Shown here one piece after another: positions 18,392-27,806 of a DNA stretch of 48,892 nucleotides. Position numbers and translations under genes: made by a program. Source of the stretch: a virus (lineage: Duplodnaviria > Caudoviricetes); IMG/VR virus record IMGVR_UViG_3300037761_000147, positions 1 to 48,892 of that record; one strand, given 5' to 3'. The number at the start of each line of letters is the position of its first letter. Within the stretch, counting starts at the first letter, position 1. The notes beneath the pieces were generated by a model. The model searched no databases and was not told the origin of the DNA. It worked only from the letters and a program-made list of their open reading frames with translations.

Positions 18392-18898
18392 GTGGCTGTC
18401 CAACGGCCACGGGTGCGCCGCGGCGCCACCGGTAATGGGCTGTTGGCCGTGTCGCTAGCCGGGTCCGAACAGTTGGAGGACGTGGCCGGCCGGCTGCGTG
18501 CGGCCGGCCGCAAGGACTTGCAGGACGAGTTGGACTCGGAGTTGCGTAAACCGCCCCGCCGGTTGCAGTCGGCGGTTGCGGCCAACGTGGCGCCGACGAT
18601 GCCGAAAGGCTACGAGGTTCCGCTCGGCACGTCGCTGAAGTGGAAGACCCGCATCCGCACCCGCGGCCCGTCCGGGGCTGGGGTGCGGGTGACGGTCTCC
18701 AGCCGCCGGCATCTGCGGGCGTTGGACGAGGGCCGGCTGCGCCATCCGGTGTTCGGCCGGATGGACTCCCCGTGGGTGGTGCAGCGGATCCGCTCCGGGT
18801 TCTTCTCCGACCCTGCCGAGCGGGAGATCCGACGGGTGCAGGACGAAACGGTGGCAGCTATCGACCGGGTAGCCGCCAAGATCGGGGGGGTGGCGTGA
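18392..18898 (+). CDS. Neck/tail completion protein (HK97 gp10-like)
   Basis: Basic protein with G.LRHPVFG...WV.Q....GFF motif. Confidence 0.65.
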   Translation: MAVQRPRVRRGATGNGLLAVSLAGSEQLEDVAGRLRAAGRKDLQDELDSELRKPPRRLQSAVAANVAPTMPKGYEVPLGTSLKWKTRIRTRGPSGAGVRVTVSSRRHLRALDEGRLRHPVFGRMDSPWVVQRIRSGFFSDPAEREIRRVQDETVAAIDRVAAKIGGVA

Positions 18899-19347
18899 GG
18901 CAGCAGAAGGTGCTGATGCGCCTGGGTGAGAAGGACTGGCCGGCCTACACCCGCGGCGACGAATGGTTCAACACCACCGAGATTCGCCGCTGGTTGGACG
19001 ATCAGGAGTGGGACACCCTGCACCAGATTGAGCAGCAGACCGGGGTGACGCTGATCCAACTGCTGCGCGACGAGTCCGATTCGATGTCGATGGTGTACCT
19101 GCGGGTGATGCTGTGGCTGGCCCGACGGCTGGCCGGTGTCACCGAGTCGTATGAGGATTTCAAGCCGAATCCGCTGCGGTTCGGCGTCGACGTGGTGGAG
19201 GTGCAGGTTGACCCTGCTGATGTTGACCCCCCGGAAGCTGCGTCGCTGGACTTTGCGGTGAGGAACCTGTCCGCGACGCCCTCCACAACGTCTACGCCCC
19301 GTTCGCCCGGCACTACCACCTCCCGCCGCGGGAAGTCCGCCGGCTGA
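18895..19347 (+). CDS. Tail assembly chaperone (G form)
   Basis: GTGA overlap with upstream gene; lies before tape measure; Ser/Thr/Pro-rich tail after VDPP. Confidence 0.75.
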   Translation: MRQQKVLMRLGEKDWPAYTRGDEWFNTTEIRRWLDDQEWDTLHQIEQQTGVTLIQLLRDESDSMSMVYLRVMLWLARRLAGVTESYEDFKPNPLRFGVDVVEVQVDPADVDPPEAASLDFAVRNLSATPSTTSTPRSPGTTTSRRGKSAG

Positions 19348-19415
19348 CACCACGGGAGACCGTGACGCTGATCGACGACCTTCGTGACCATCTCGACGCG
19401 CAGAGGAGGGGATGA
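19227..19415 (+). CDS. Tail assembly chaperone -1 frameshift extension (T part)
   Basis: -1 frame opens at C CCC CCG (19227-19233), encodes ...FARHYHLPPREVRRLTPRE...; ends 3 nt before tape measure start. Confidence 0.65.
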   Translation, partial: PPGSCVAGLCGEEPVRDALHNVYAPFARHYHLPPREVRRLTPRETVTLIDDLRDHLDAQRRG

Positions 19416-19418
19416 CCT

Positions 19419-21326
19419 GTGGCCGAGCGTCGTACCAGCCTGACCATGGACATCCTGGCCAAGGTGCGCGGTGCGCAGGAGGTCACCCGACTGGCCCGGG
19501 CGATCGACGACACCGGCGACGAGATGCGCGGCGCCGCCCGCGATGCGGTGGTGCTGGAGCGGGCGATCGACCAGGTGACGGATGAGATCCGGGACCTGAA
19601 CAAGGAGTTCCTACGCACCGGCGACATCGACGTGTTCCAGAAGATCAAAGTGGATCGGTCGACGTTGGGTCAGTTGCGGAAGATGCGCGCCGAGCTCGGC
19701 GACCTGGGCGACGATGTGGAGGTTGTTGGCCGGAACATGGTCCGGTCGGTGGGTGATGCGCTGGGTGCGATCCCGCCGAAGTTGCGTGGTGCGCTGATCC
19801 TCGGACTGGTCACGGGAGTGGCCGCCGCGGCACCACTGCTCGGCGCAGTGCTCGGTGCGGCGGTGATCGGCAGCGTCGGCACCGGTGGCATCATCGGCGG
19901 GATCGTCTCCGCATCCCGTGATCAGCGGGTCAAGACGGCAGCGCGGGACCTGGCCGACACACTCTCTGGGCCGTTCGACGACATCGGTGAGGCGTTCATC
20001 CTGCCCGTGCGTGACTCACTCAACGAGTTGGCCCGGGGCGGGCGGGACCTGCTGAGTGACATCGGCCCCGATCTTCGCGCCTTGGCGCCGGTGGTGGTGG
20101 ACCTGGCGGAGGGGTTCGCCGATGCGGCACGCGCGGCCGGCCCGGGGATCTCTGACGCGTTGCGGGCGGCGCAGCCGATCCTGCGCGAGTTGGCCACGCA
20201 GTTGCCGGAGCTCGCTGAGGCGTTCGGCGACATGCTGTCGTTGATCTCGGATGAGAGCGACAGCGCGGTGGTGGGGCTACGGACCATTCTCGGGCTGACC
20301 TCGGGCATATTGCGGGCCACTGGTGAGTTGGTGGCGTTCCTGAGCCGCACGTTCGCCGGGTTCGTAGAGGGTGTGCGGCTAATCGGCGAGCTCGGCAACG
20401 AGCTGCCGGTGGTTGGCGGCAAGTATGAGAAGCTGCGGCAGGCCGCGGTCAGGTTGCAGGGCGCGGTCACCGACTCGGGCGAGGCCGGCCTTGTGGCCAC
20501 CGACCAGGTGGCGGGCGGATTCCAGTTGGTCACCGACGAGGTGAGCGGCGCGAACGCCGTCCTGCTGCGCCATCGTGACATCTTGCGCGCGCAGACCGAC
20601 CCGATGTTCGCACTGATCGACGCGCAGATCGACCTGCGGGACCGGCAGGCCGAGTACAACCAGACGGTCAAGGACTTCGGCGCGAGCTCGCCGCAGGCGC
20701 AGGCCGCCCTGTTGGCGCTCACGAAGTCCGCGATCGGCATGGAGAGCGCCGCGGGTGCCGCGGCTGGGACGGTCGATGGCAAGCTCACGCCAGCGTTCCG
20801 TGCGACGTTGCTCGCGGCGGGCCTGACCGCCCCGCAGATCAAGGCTGTGGAGGACCGGTTCGCCGCTGCCCGCAGGGAGGGCGAAAAGTTCGACCGTAAG
20901 TACGCGGCGAACATCACGGTGACGACCAGCTACCGCACGTTGGGAACCCCGCCACCGTTCGGCCTGGGTGCGCTGCCACACGGCAGTATCAACGTCGCGT
21001 TTCAGCACGGTGGGCAGGTTCGCGGACCGGCCGGTGTTGACCGGGTGCCGGCGGCGTTGACCGCCGGGGAGTTCGTGGTCAACCGCAGGGACGCGTTGGC
21101 GAACCTGGACCTGCTCAAGGCAATCAACGCGGGGGCGGCTGGTGGTATCACGCCGATGTCTTCGCTCGCGCTGGGGGGGGACGGGGCTAGCGCTGGCGGG
21201 GCGCAGCACATCATCTTCGACTTCCGCGGCGTGCGAGGCAACCGGCATCTGGAGCAGTTCGTCGAGGACTTCCGGGCGGCGGTCCGCACCAAGCCGGGCT
21301 TCCGGGCGGAGGTTCGGGCGGCGTGA
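19419..21326 (+). CDS. Tape measure protein (635 aa)
   Basis: Long Ala/Gly/Leu helical protein; C-terminal FQHGG.V.GP.GVD.VPA.LT.GEFV motif. Confidence 0.9.
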   Translation: MAERRTSLTMDILAKVRGAQEVTRLARAIDDTGDEMRGAARDAVVLERAIDQVTDEIRDLNKEFLRTGDIDVFQKIKVDRSTLGQLRKMRAELGDLGDDVEVVGRNMVRSVGDALGAIPPKLRGALILGLVTGVAAAAPLLGAVLGAAVIGSVGTGGIIGGIVSASRDQRVKTAARDLADTLSGPFDDIGEAFILPVRDSLNELARGGRDLLSDIGPDLRALAPVVVDLAEGFADAARAAGPGISDALRAAQPILRELATQLPELAEAFGDMLSLISDESDSAVVGLRTILGLTSGILRATGELVAFLSRTFAGFVEGVRLIGELGNELPVVGGKYEKLRQAAVRLQGAVTDSGEAGLVATDQVAGGFQLVTDEVSGANAVLLRHRDILRAQTDPMFALIDAQIDLRDRQAEYNQTVKDFGASSPQAQAALLALTKSAIGMESAAGAAAGTVDGKLTPAFRATLLAAGLTAPQIKAVEDRFAAARREGEKFDRKYAANITVTTSYRTLGTPPPFGLGALPHGSINVAFQHGGQVRGPAGVDRVPAALTAGEFVVNRRDALANLDLLKAINAGAAGGITPMSSLALGGDGASAGGAQHIIFDFRGVRGNRHLEQFVEDFRAAVRTKPGFRAEVRAA

Positions 21327-21383
21327 GTGTGGACATCTGGGCGTACGATGAGGGCACCAACTCGTCGAGGGAGTTGATGCCCG

Positions 21384-22838
21384 ATGCATCGTATCTTGTC
21401 CGCCGTGGCGGCTCTGCTGCTGGCTGGCGCGCTGTCCGGTTCGGCCGCACCGGGGTGTGCCGTGGCTGGTGAGTTGGTCCAAGCGCAGGTGTCGATCTTC
21501 TACGCCAACGCGTGGCATGTGATCACCGCCGATACGCGGATGCCGATCAACATCAGCCGGGGCATACGAAACGAGGCGTCCCGGGCTGATCCGGCTGTGG
21601 TCACGTTGCGGTTGAACAACGGTACGAGCAAGGTTGAGCCGTCGGTGGTCGGCCGGTATTCGCCGAAGAACCCGCGCTCAGACCTGTTCGGGCTAATCGG
21701 GCGTGGCACACCGGTCAAGGTGGAGGCCGGGTTGGTCGGCGGTAGCCTGACGACCCGGGTGGTTGGTGAGGTTGTGCAGTGGCCGGCCCGCTGGGATGTG
21801 TCGCAGCGCGACGTGTGGGTGGATCTGGAGGTGTCGGGCATCCTGCGCCGGTTGGGTTCGGCCGGCCGGCCGCTGAGCGATCCGATCGCCCGGCTGGTCG
21901 TCGTGCACGGGGCGAGTGCCTACTGGCCGCTGGATGCCCCGGAAGGATCGCGCCAGTCGCCGGGATTGTTGGGTGGCGGGCCGATGCGGACCTTCGACAA
22001 CACCAAACAGATGCTCTACGGCACGGGCTTTCTGGCATCCTATCTGCCGGTTGCGCCACTGTCCGGCCCGGTAAATGGGGTAGTCAAAGCCTCCGTTTCT
22101 GGGGGACCATCCGGTGGTGCGGTGCTCGACTGGGCGGTGCGGACGACCCCCCCGTCGCAGTGGAGCAGCACCAACTCGCCGCAGATACACGAGGCGGCCA
22201 TTGACACTTCCGGCACGGTCGATATCCGTTTCGCGTTGAACATCGTCTCCGGCGGTCTGACCGCAGGCATCGTCGATCTGGACACGTCGTCGACCATCGC
22301 CAGCGATACGGCCACCGTGGACATAGAGGATGGGCAACTTCATCACATCCGCATGTCAGCGGTGGAGGCTAGTGGCAACAACGCGACGATCACTGTTGCG
22401 GTGGACGGGGTGGAGGTCGCCACAGCGACGGGGGATATCGGGGCGGCTGCGATCCCCCGGGTCAACTCTGTATCGGCGGCTAACACGACATCTGCGGGGG
22501 ATGCGGAGCCGATCACCTTCGGCCAGTTCATTCTTTGGGCTCCCGCCGATGCGCCGACGCTGGCGCAGGCGTACGCCGCGTACACCGGCCACGCCAACGA
22601 GACCGCTGGCAACCGGGTGGTGCGGCTGTGCGCCGAGGAAGGGGTCACCCTGACCACGTACGGGGACCTGGACGCCAGCATGCCCATGGGCGCGCAACGT
22701 TCCGCCGAGATGGTCACCCTGCTGGACGAGTGCGCGGCAACCGAGGCGTCGGGGTCGCAGCTGCCGATTTTGACGGAGACGCGCGACGAGTTGGGGTTGA
22801 CGTTCCGCACCCGCCGCAGCCTGTACCTGATCTCGTAG
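21384..22838 (+). CDS. Minor tail protein, N-terminal half (distal tail with LamG-like region); start may be GTG 21462
   Basis: W..IT.D..I.ISRG, GRYSP.NP.S, AYWPLD, DGQLHHI, MGAQ motifs typical of actinomycete prophage tail proteins. Confidence 0.8.
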   Translation: MHRILSAVAALLLAGALSGSAAPGCAVAGELVQAQVSIFYANAWHVITADTRMPINISRGIRNEASRADPAVVTLRLNNGTSKVEPSVVGRYSPKNPRSDLFGLIGRGTPVKVEAGLVGGSLTTRVVGEVVQWPARWDVSQRDVWVDLEVSGILRRLGSAGRPLSDPIARLVVVHGASAYWPLDAPEGSRQSPGLLGGGPMRTFDNTKQMLYGTGFLASYLPVAPLSGPVNGVVKASVSGGPSGGAVLDWAVRTTPPSQWSSTNSPQIHEAAIDTSGTVDIRFALNIVSGGLTAGIVDLDTSSTIASDTATVDIEDGQLHHIRMSAVEASGNNATITVAVDGVEVATATGDIGAAAIPRVNSVSAANTTSAGDAEPITFGQFILWAPADAPTLAQAYAAYTGHANETAGNRVVRLCAEEGVTLTTYGDLDASMPMGAQRSAEMVTLLDECAATEASGSQLPILTETRDELGLTFRTRRSLYLIS

Positions 22839-22891
22839 CCTGAGCGGATCATCCCCGCCGGGCATGCCATTCCGACGGGGGGACGATCCGT

Positions 22892-24769
22892 ATGGCGTTC
22901 ACCACCCTGGCCGCCGAGGCGACGATCATCGGCAACGCCGACGCATCATCTGATGCGGTGGTCGAAGTGCTCGGCGCATCGGTGCTCGCCACGGACATCT
23001 CCGCGGTCACGTGGGGGCCGAACAAGGCGTCAGGTCAGGTGGACATCCTGTTCGTCGGCTGCCAGCACGGCACCGAACCGGCCGGGCGGGAAACGCTGCT
23101 CGACCACATCACCACGTGGCTGGCCGCGCTGCCAGGGTTCCTGTCCACATTGACCATCGGGATGATCCCCACCGTCAACCCGGACGGGTTCGCCGCCGCA
23201 ACCCGCGAAAACGACAACGGCACCGACTTGAACCGGGACTGGGTGGCACACGCCGAACCGGAAACACAGGCGGTGGCCGACTACATCGCCGCCCGAACCC
23301 CCCGGCTGATTGTCGACATGCACGAACAGGTTGCCGACGGCGAAACGTACGACGTCCAGTTCTCCGCCGGTTCCACCGACGGGATGCGCAACGGGCACCC
23401 GGACCTGCACGACGTGGCAACGGATCTGCGGGACACGCTGATAGCCGACGCGATAACCGCCGGCGACGACGCCAGTATCTACGCCGACGGTTCGTTCGTG
23501 AGCTGGCGGAATCTGAACGTGCGGGCGTACATGACCCACGCCGCCGGGCTGCTCATCGAGGGCCGCCGCGGCCCGGATGCCTCACCGGTGGCGGAGGCGA
23601 CCCGCATCCGAGTCCAGTCGGACGCGTTGGACGCGGCGATCACCTGGTACCAGTCGGGGACGGTGGCCGCCGACCTGGCCGCCGCCCGGGTCGCATCGCA
23701 GGCCGACCAGGCCACGTGGGGTGCCCTGCGGCGCACCATCCGGCTGCGCTCTGGTGACTACGTGGAGCCGATGCCCACCCACTACGAGCTGACTTCGGCG
23801 CAGGAGACGACACTGGCGAACTGGTCGGCCTGGTTCGCCATCACCGTCGGAGCTGATGACCGGATCGCGTTGGCGCAGTCGTCGCGTGTGGCCATAGCCG
23901 TCCTGGTCGACCCGGCCAGTATCGACCTGATCGTCTCCGCGACGCCGAATATCGACCCGTTCGTGCTGGACTACGCGGCGGGAGAAGTCAGCCCGCCGCT
24001 GGACCCGACACCCGATGACCTGGGGCTGGTCAACGATGTGACAGCCGTGCGCGCCGACGGTGGGGAGTACCGGGCCACGCTGGATGTGGGCGCGTTGTCG
24101 ACGCAGGCCCCGCTGGACGGTGTGGGGGGCCGCCCGGCTCAGGTGGATGTCAACGTCGACTCGGAGTTGCGGTTGCCGGACATCGCCGGGTGGGCGTTGC
24201 ATGTTGGCACGTGGGATGATCCGCACGACCGGTTCCCGGCCATCCGCACCAACATCCGGTCACTTACCACGAGGGCTGCTGCGGCGACCCTGGTGCCGGC
24301 GGGGCTGGCGCTGGACATGGGCGCCCGGATTGTGATCGAGGGTCCGCCGCTGTGGCTGCCGCCGGAGGACATCGACCAGGTGGTGCTCGGCTATTCGGAG
24401 ACGATCGGCCAGGCCGAGTGGACGCAGGACTGGCAGTGCACACCGGCCGGCCCGTACAAGATCGCCGCGGTGGAGAATGCGACCTTGGGCATGCTCCTGT
24501 CGGATACGGCGATTTGCGACACGCTGACCAGCACCACCACCACCGTGTTCGTCATCTTCGGCGCCGCCGGCGACTGGGTTCACGAGGCCGACTTCGACAT
24601 TCTGATCGGCGGGGAGCGGATGACAGTCACCGCGGTCGGGGCGATCTCTGGCACCTTTCCCAACCGGCAGGCCAACCTGACTGTGGTCCGCAGCGTGAAC
24701 GGGATTGTCAAGGCGCATCCGATAAATAGCCCGGTCGGATTCTTCCACAAGGCGCACATAGGACTGTGA
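22892..24769 (+). CDS. Tail-tip protein: N-terminal M14 zinc carboxypeptidase domain plus C-terminal half of the tail protein
   Basis: QHGTE (HxxE), VNPDG, RENDNGTDLNRDW, EPET, DMHE; then LDY..GEVSPPL.P..DD..LVNDVT and IGGE.M.VT...V.RSVNG tail motifs. Confidence 0.85.
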   Translation: MAFTTLAAEATIIGNADASSDAVVEVLGASVLATDISAVTWGPNKASGQVDILFVGCQHGTEPAGRETLLDHITTWLAALPGFLSTLTIGMIPTVNPDGFAAATRENDNGTDLNRDWVAHAEPETQAVADYIAARTPRLIVDMHEQVADGETYDVQFSAGSTDGMRNGHPDLHDVATDLRDTLIADAITAGDDASIYADGSFVSWRNLNVRAYMTHAAGLLIEGRRGPDASPVAEATRIRVQSDALDAAITWYQSGTVAADLAAARVASQADQATWGALRRTIRLRSGDYVEPMPTHYELTSAQETTLANWSAWFAITVGADDRIALAQSSRVAIAVLVDPASIDLIVSATPNIDPFVLDYAAGEVSPPLDPTPDDLGLVNDVTAVRADGGEYRATLDVGALSTQAPLDGVGGRPAQVDVNVDSELRLPDIAGWALHVGTWDDPHDRFPAIRTNIRSLTTRAAAATLVPAGLALDMGARIVIEGPPLWLPPEDIDQVVLGYSETIGQAEWTQDWQCTPAGPYKIAAVENATLGMLLSDTAICDTLTSTTTTVFVIFGAAGDWVHEADFDILIGGERMTVTAVGAISGTFPNRQANLTVVRSVNGIVKAHPINSPVGFFHKAHIGL

Positions 24770-24776
24770 GGGTGCC

Positions 24777-25217
24777 ATGAGTAGCGCAGGTCAACTGTTG
24801 GTCGCCGGGCGTATCCCCGGTGAGCGGATTGCCACCACCGTGGTCACCGCCGACAGTGCCGGGTTCACCACCGCCGAGGTGTCGGTGGCGTCGGTGACTG
24901 CGCCGCTGGTGTCCGGCCGCACCTACCGGCTGCGCGCGGTCCCAAAATGGGAATCGGACGTGGCCAACGACCGGATCAACGCGCGGCTGCGCCAGGACAC
25001 TGTGACCGGCACCATCATGCAAAGCGACAACGTGCGCATCCACGTGGTGTCGAACCTGGGGTGGGGCGGGGTGATGGAGGTCGAGTACACGGCCGTGGAC
25101 ACCGCGAACAAGACGTTCGTGCTGACCGGGCAGCAGGCCGCCGGCACCGGCACGTGTGTCCTGGGCGCGGGGGCCACCCGGCCGGTGTACCTGTACGTCG
25201 ACTACGTGAGCGGGTAG
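24777..25217 (+). CDS. Small beta-rich minor tail protein
   Basis: Follows tail-tip gene; Thr/Val/Gly-rich. Confidence 0.65.
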   Translation: MSSAGQLLVAGRIPGERIATTVVTADSAGFTTAEVSVASVTAPLVSGRTYRLRAVPKWESDVANDRINARLRQDTVTGTIMQSDNVRIHVVSNLGWGGVMEVEYTAVDTANKTFVLTGQQAAGTGTCVLGAGATRPVYLYVDYVSG

Positions 25218-25229
25218 GAGGAGCCGACG

Positions 25230-25427
25230 ATGACCGCAGCTAGGCACGCCTGGCATGTCTTCGACGCCGTGCGCGGCCTGGAAGTGCGGCAGGCCACCGG
25301 CCGGCTGCGCCCCAACCGGTGGGAGGTCCGCCGCGTCGACGGTGACCAGGTGGTCCCGCTGACCGATGCGCAGTGGGACGTGTTTCTCTCCGGCGGTCCG
25401 CTGCCCGAGGGACTCGGCGATGGCTGA
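25230..25427 (+). CDS. Hypothetical protein (65 aa)
   Basis: AGGAGGAG RBS; overlaps endolysin start. Confidence 0.6.
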   Translation: MTAARHAWHVFDAVRGLEVRQATGRLRPNRWEVRRVDGDQVVPLTDAQWDVFLSGGPLPEGLGDG

Positions 25428-26346
25428 CAACCCGAACACCGCCCGGATCACCGCGGCGTTGTGGCGCTTCTGGGAGGAGTGCGACGCGCTGATCCCCGGC
25501 GTGCTACTCGGCGGCATCTACGCCAACAAGAGCGGTTACCACAACACCCGGGCGGCCAACCTGGCCAACTGGCCCACGAACTACAGCATCCGCTTCCCGC
25601 TCGACCTGGAACGCGGCCCGGCCGACAAGGCGCGCGCCATCGACCTGACCATGAGCGCGGCGAACATGAAGCTGTACACCGGTCGGCTGGTCGCCGCGGC
25701 CGACCGGAACGACCCGCGGATGCGCCCGGTCCGCTCGTTCTACGGCACGGTCGACGGCACCACCGTGGTCGGCCGAATCCGCGACAACGACACCAGCGCG
25801 TACCGTAAGGCCACCTCGGACATCACCCACACCTGGCACGACCACATCAGCTTCTGGTGCGCCTACTGCGCTGACTGGACTGCGCTGGCCGGTGTCCTGT
25901 CCGTGCTCGCCGGCACCACCAACGGAGGGATCGAGGACATGTTCTGTCAGAAAGGCGACAAGGGCAACGCGGTCCGCGCGCTGCAGCTGCAGCTCAGGCG
26001 CGCCGGGTTCGACCCGGGGGCGATCGACGGCGACTACGGCCAGAAGACGTCGGATGCGGTGCTGGATATGCGCCAGGCGGTCGGGTCAAAGGCCACCTCC
26101 GGCGACGTGTACGACGGCTGGGCTTACGACCAGCTGTCGGGGACGCTGCTGCGCAAGCACGCCGGCCAGGACGGCGCTTCCGGCCCCGTGGGCCCGGCGG
26201 GTCCGGCGGGTGCGACCGGCCCGGCCGGTCCCAGGGGTGCCACCGGGGCGAAGGGCGACCCTGGTCCGGTCGGCCCACCGGGCCTCACCCCGTCCAAGAT
26301 CACTTTCACGACCACGGCCACCGGCACTGTCACCGAGTCGGTCTGA
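25420..26346 (+). CDS. Endolysin: putative M15-like Zn peptidase, peptidoglycan-binding domain, collagen-like tail
   Basis: GYHN...AIDLT...HTWHDHISF (H, D, HxH ligands); GDKG.AV.ALQ..L...G...G.IDG.YG..T PG-binding motif; 14 Gly-X-Y triplets at 26164-26289. Confidence 0.8.
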   Translation: MADNPNTARITAALWRFWEECDALIPGVLLGGIYANKSGYHNTRAANLANWPTNYSIRFPLDLERGPADKARAIDLTMSAANMKLYTGRLVAAADRNDPRMRPVRSFYGTVDGTTVVGRIRDNDTSAYRKATSDITHTWHDHISFWCAYCADWTALAGVLSVLAGTTNGGIEDMFCQKGDKGNAVRALQLQLRRAGFDPGAIDGDYGQKTSDAVLDMRQAVGSKATSGDVYDGWAYDQLSGTLLRKHAGQDGASGPVGPAGPAGATGPAGPRGATGAKGDPGPVGPPGLTPSKITFTTTATGTVTESV

Positions 26347-26531
26347 TGCGCGGCACGTTGCTGGACTGGGACCCGGCCACCTACCGTGCCACCGTCCGCC
26401 TGCCAGACGGGACGGTGTTGACCGACCCGCCGATGGTGGAGACGGTGGACGTGCGGACGTGGCAGACCGGGGACATGGTGCTGGTGTACGACGGGGTGAT
26501 CCTTGGCCGGCTGATGCGCCCGGTTCTGTAG
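26346..26531 (+). CDS. Hypothetical protein (61 aa)
   Basis: TGATG overlap with endolysin stop. Confidence 0.6.
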   Translation: MRGTLLDWDPATYRATVRLPDGTVLTDPPMVETVDVRTWQTGDMVLVYDGVILGRLMRPVL

Positions 26532-26555
26532 CAACACGGTTACGGGGGGTTGAGG

Positions 26556-26906
26556 ATGCCATCGATCGACGACGACGCGTACAACCGGGGCCACGCCGCC
26601 GGTGGGATCGCCGAGCGGTTGGATAGTCATGATCGGCATTTCGCCAGCATTAATGGCTCGCTGGCCGAGGTTGCCAGGCAGATGCACCAGCTGGTGCTGG
26701 CCGTGCAGAGGTTGGGCGATCAGGCCGAGTCCAACGCCAAGACGGTGGTGACCACCGCGGCCGCGCTGGAAAAGGCTGAGAGCGCGCGGCGTGCGCGCGC
26801 CGAGCGGAGCTGGTCACCGATCGCCCGCCTGGCCACGGTGCTCGGCACCCTGGCCGCAGTCGCCGGAGCGTTCGCCGCCATCGCATGGTATCTGTCCCAA
26901 AGGTAG
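26556..26906 (+). CDS. Lysis-module membrane protein (coiled coil plus C-terminal TM)
   Basis: Heptad-like region then LATVLGTLAAVAGAFAAIAWY. Confidence 0.7.
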   Translation: MPSIDDDAYNRGHAAGGIAERLDSHDRHFASINGSLAEVARQMHQLVLAVQRLGDQAESNAKTVVTTAAALEKAESARRARAERSWSPIARLATVLGTLAAVAGAFAAIAWYLSQR

Positions 26907-26918
26907 GAGAGGTGTGAC

Positions 26919-27203
26919 ATGGGTACAACGGACGTGCAGGCCCCGGATCCGGGCGCACGCGAACCACTGCTGTCCCGGGCGGTGATCGTCGCCGCGGTCG
27001 GCGCCGCGCTCGGCCTGGCCGCTGCGTTCGGGTTGGACCTGTCGGAGGCGCAGCAGGAGGCGATCACGGTGGTGGCGGTGGTGGGTGCGCCGCTGGTGGC
27101 CGCGGTGTGGGCACACCGGCATGTGTGGTCGGGTGCGACGGTGGCCGCGCGGGAGGCCGCGCTGGTGGCCACGCAGGACACCGACCCGGGCGACCAGCCA
27201 TGA
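26919..27203 (+). CDS. Holin (two TM segments)
   Basis: REP...AV..A..AL..AFGLDLS..QQ.AI pattern; lysis module position. Confidence 0.75.
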   Translation: MGTTDVQAPDPGAREPLLSRAVIVAAVGAALGLAAAFGLDLSEAQQEAITVVAVVGAPLVAAVWAHRHVWSGATVAAREAALVATQDTDPGDQP

Positions 27204-27632
27204 GCGCGTCGGTGTCGGCGGTCCGAGTGGTGAATACCGGGCCGCCTGTCCCGACGGTCGCCGTAACGGATGTGCGGCCATCGCGGGCGAAGGATCTTCC
27301 TTGGTCCTGGGCTGATGAGGACCGCAACACCCGCACCCGCCAATGCCTGTGCTGCGGCCGGCCCGGCCACTACCAGGAAACCCTGGAAGCCCACATCCAT
27401 GTGCACGGAGTTGAGGACCTCGGAATCCTGGTAGATACCAACGGCTACGTGGACGACGGCCACCACCGGGTCGTCGCCGCGATCCGACTCGGCATCGACA
27501 GGCTGCCGGTGGAAACGCAGAAGGACACTGAAGCCCGGTGGGTCAAAGATCACGGCCATGTCGACTGGTTCCACAGGAGGTTTGGTGACCGTTGATGAGC
27601 ACAAGCGGCTAGGAGGACCAGCCATGAGCGCG
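27192..27632 (+). repeat. 17-bp direct repeat GACCAGCCATGAGCGCG (27192-27208; 27616-27632) flanking the small ParB-fold gene
   Basis: Exact match read from the sequence. Confidence 0.85.
27200..27595 (+). CDS. ParB/sulfiredoxin-fold small protein
   Basis: ILVD..GYVDDGHHRVVAA..LG...LPV motif; CxCC cluster; ATGA overlap. Confidence 0.7.
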   Translation: MSASVSAVRVVNTGPPVPTVAVTDVRPSRAKDLPWSWADEDRNTRTRQCLCCGRPGHYQETLEAHIHVHGVEDLGILVDTNGYVDDGHHRVVAAIRLGIDRLPVETQKDTEARWVKDHGHVDWFHRRFGDR

Positions 27633-27806
27633 GTTGTGTTGCTTCTAACCTGGGAGCAGTTGGCAGGTGAGCGGCACCGCCGCACCGACCCGGCCTGCCG
27701 GCTGCACCAGCCGCCGCAGGGCAGGATCAGCCAGTGGCGGTTCGACCGGCGCCGTGGCTACCGCTGCCCGACGTGCGTGCCAGCGCCAGCTTGGAGCCCA
27801 CGGTGA
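27624..27806 (+). CDS. Small Cys/His protein (possible Zn ribbon)
   Basis: AGGAGG RBS; CxxH...CPTC. Confidence 0.55.
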   Translation: MSAVVLLLTWEQLAGERHRRTDPACRLHQPPQGRISQWRFDRRRGYRCPTCVPAPAWSPR

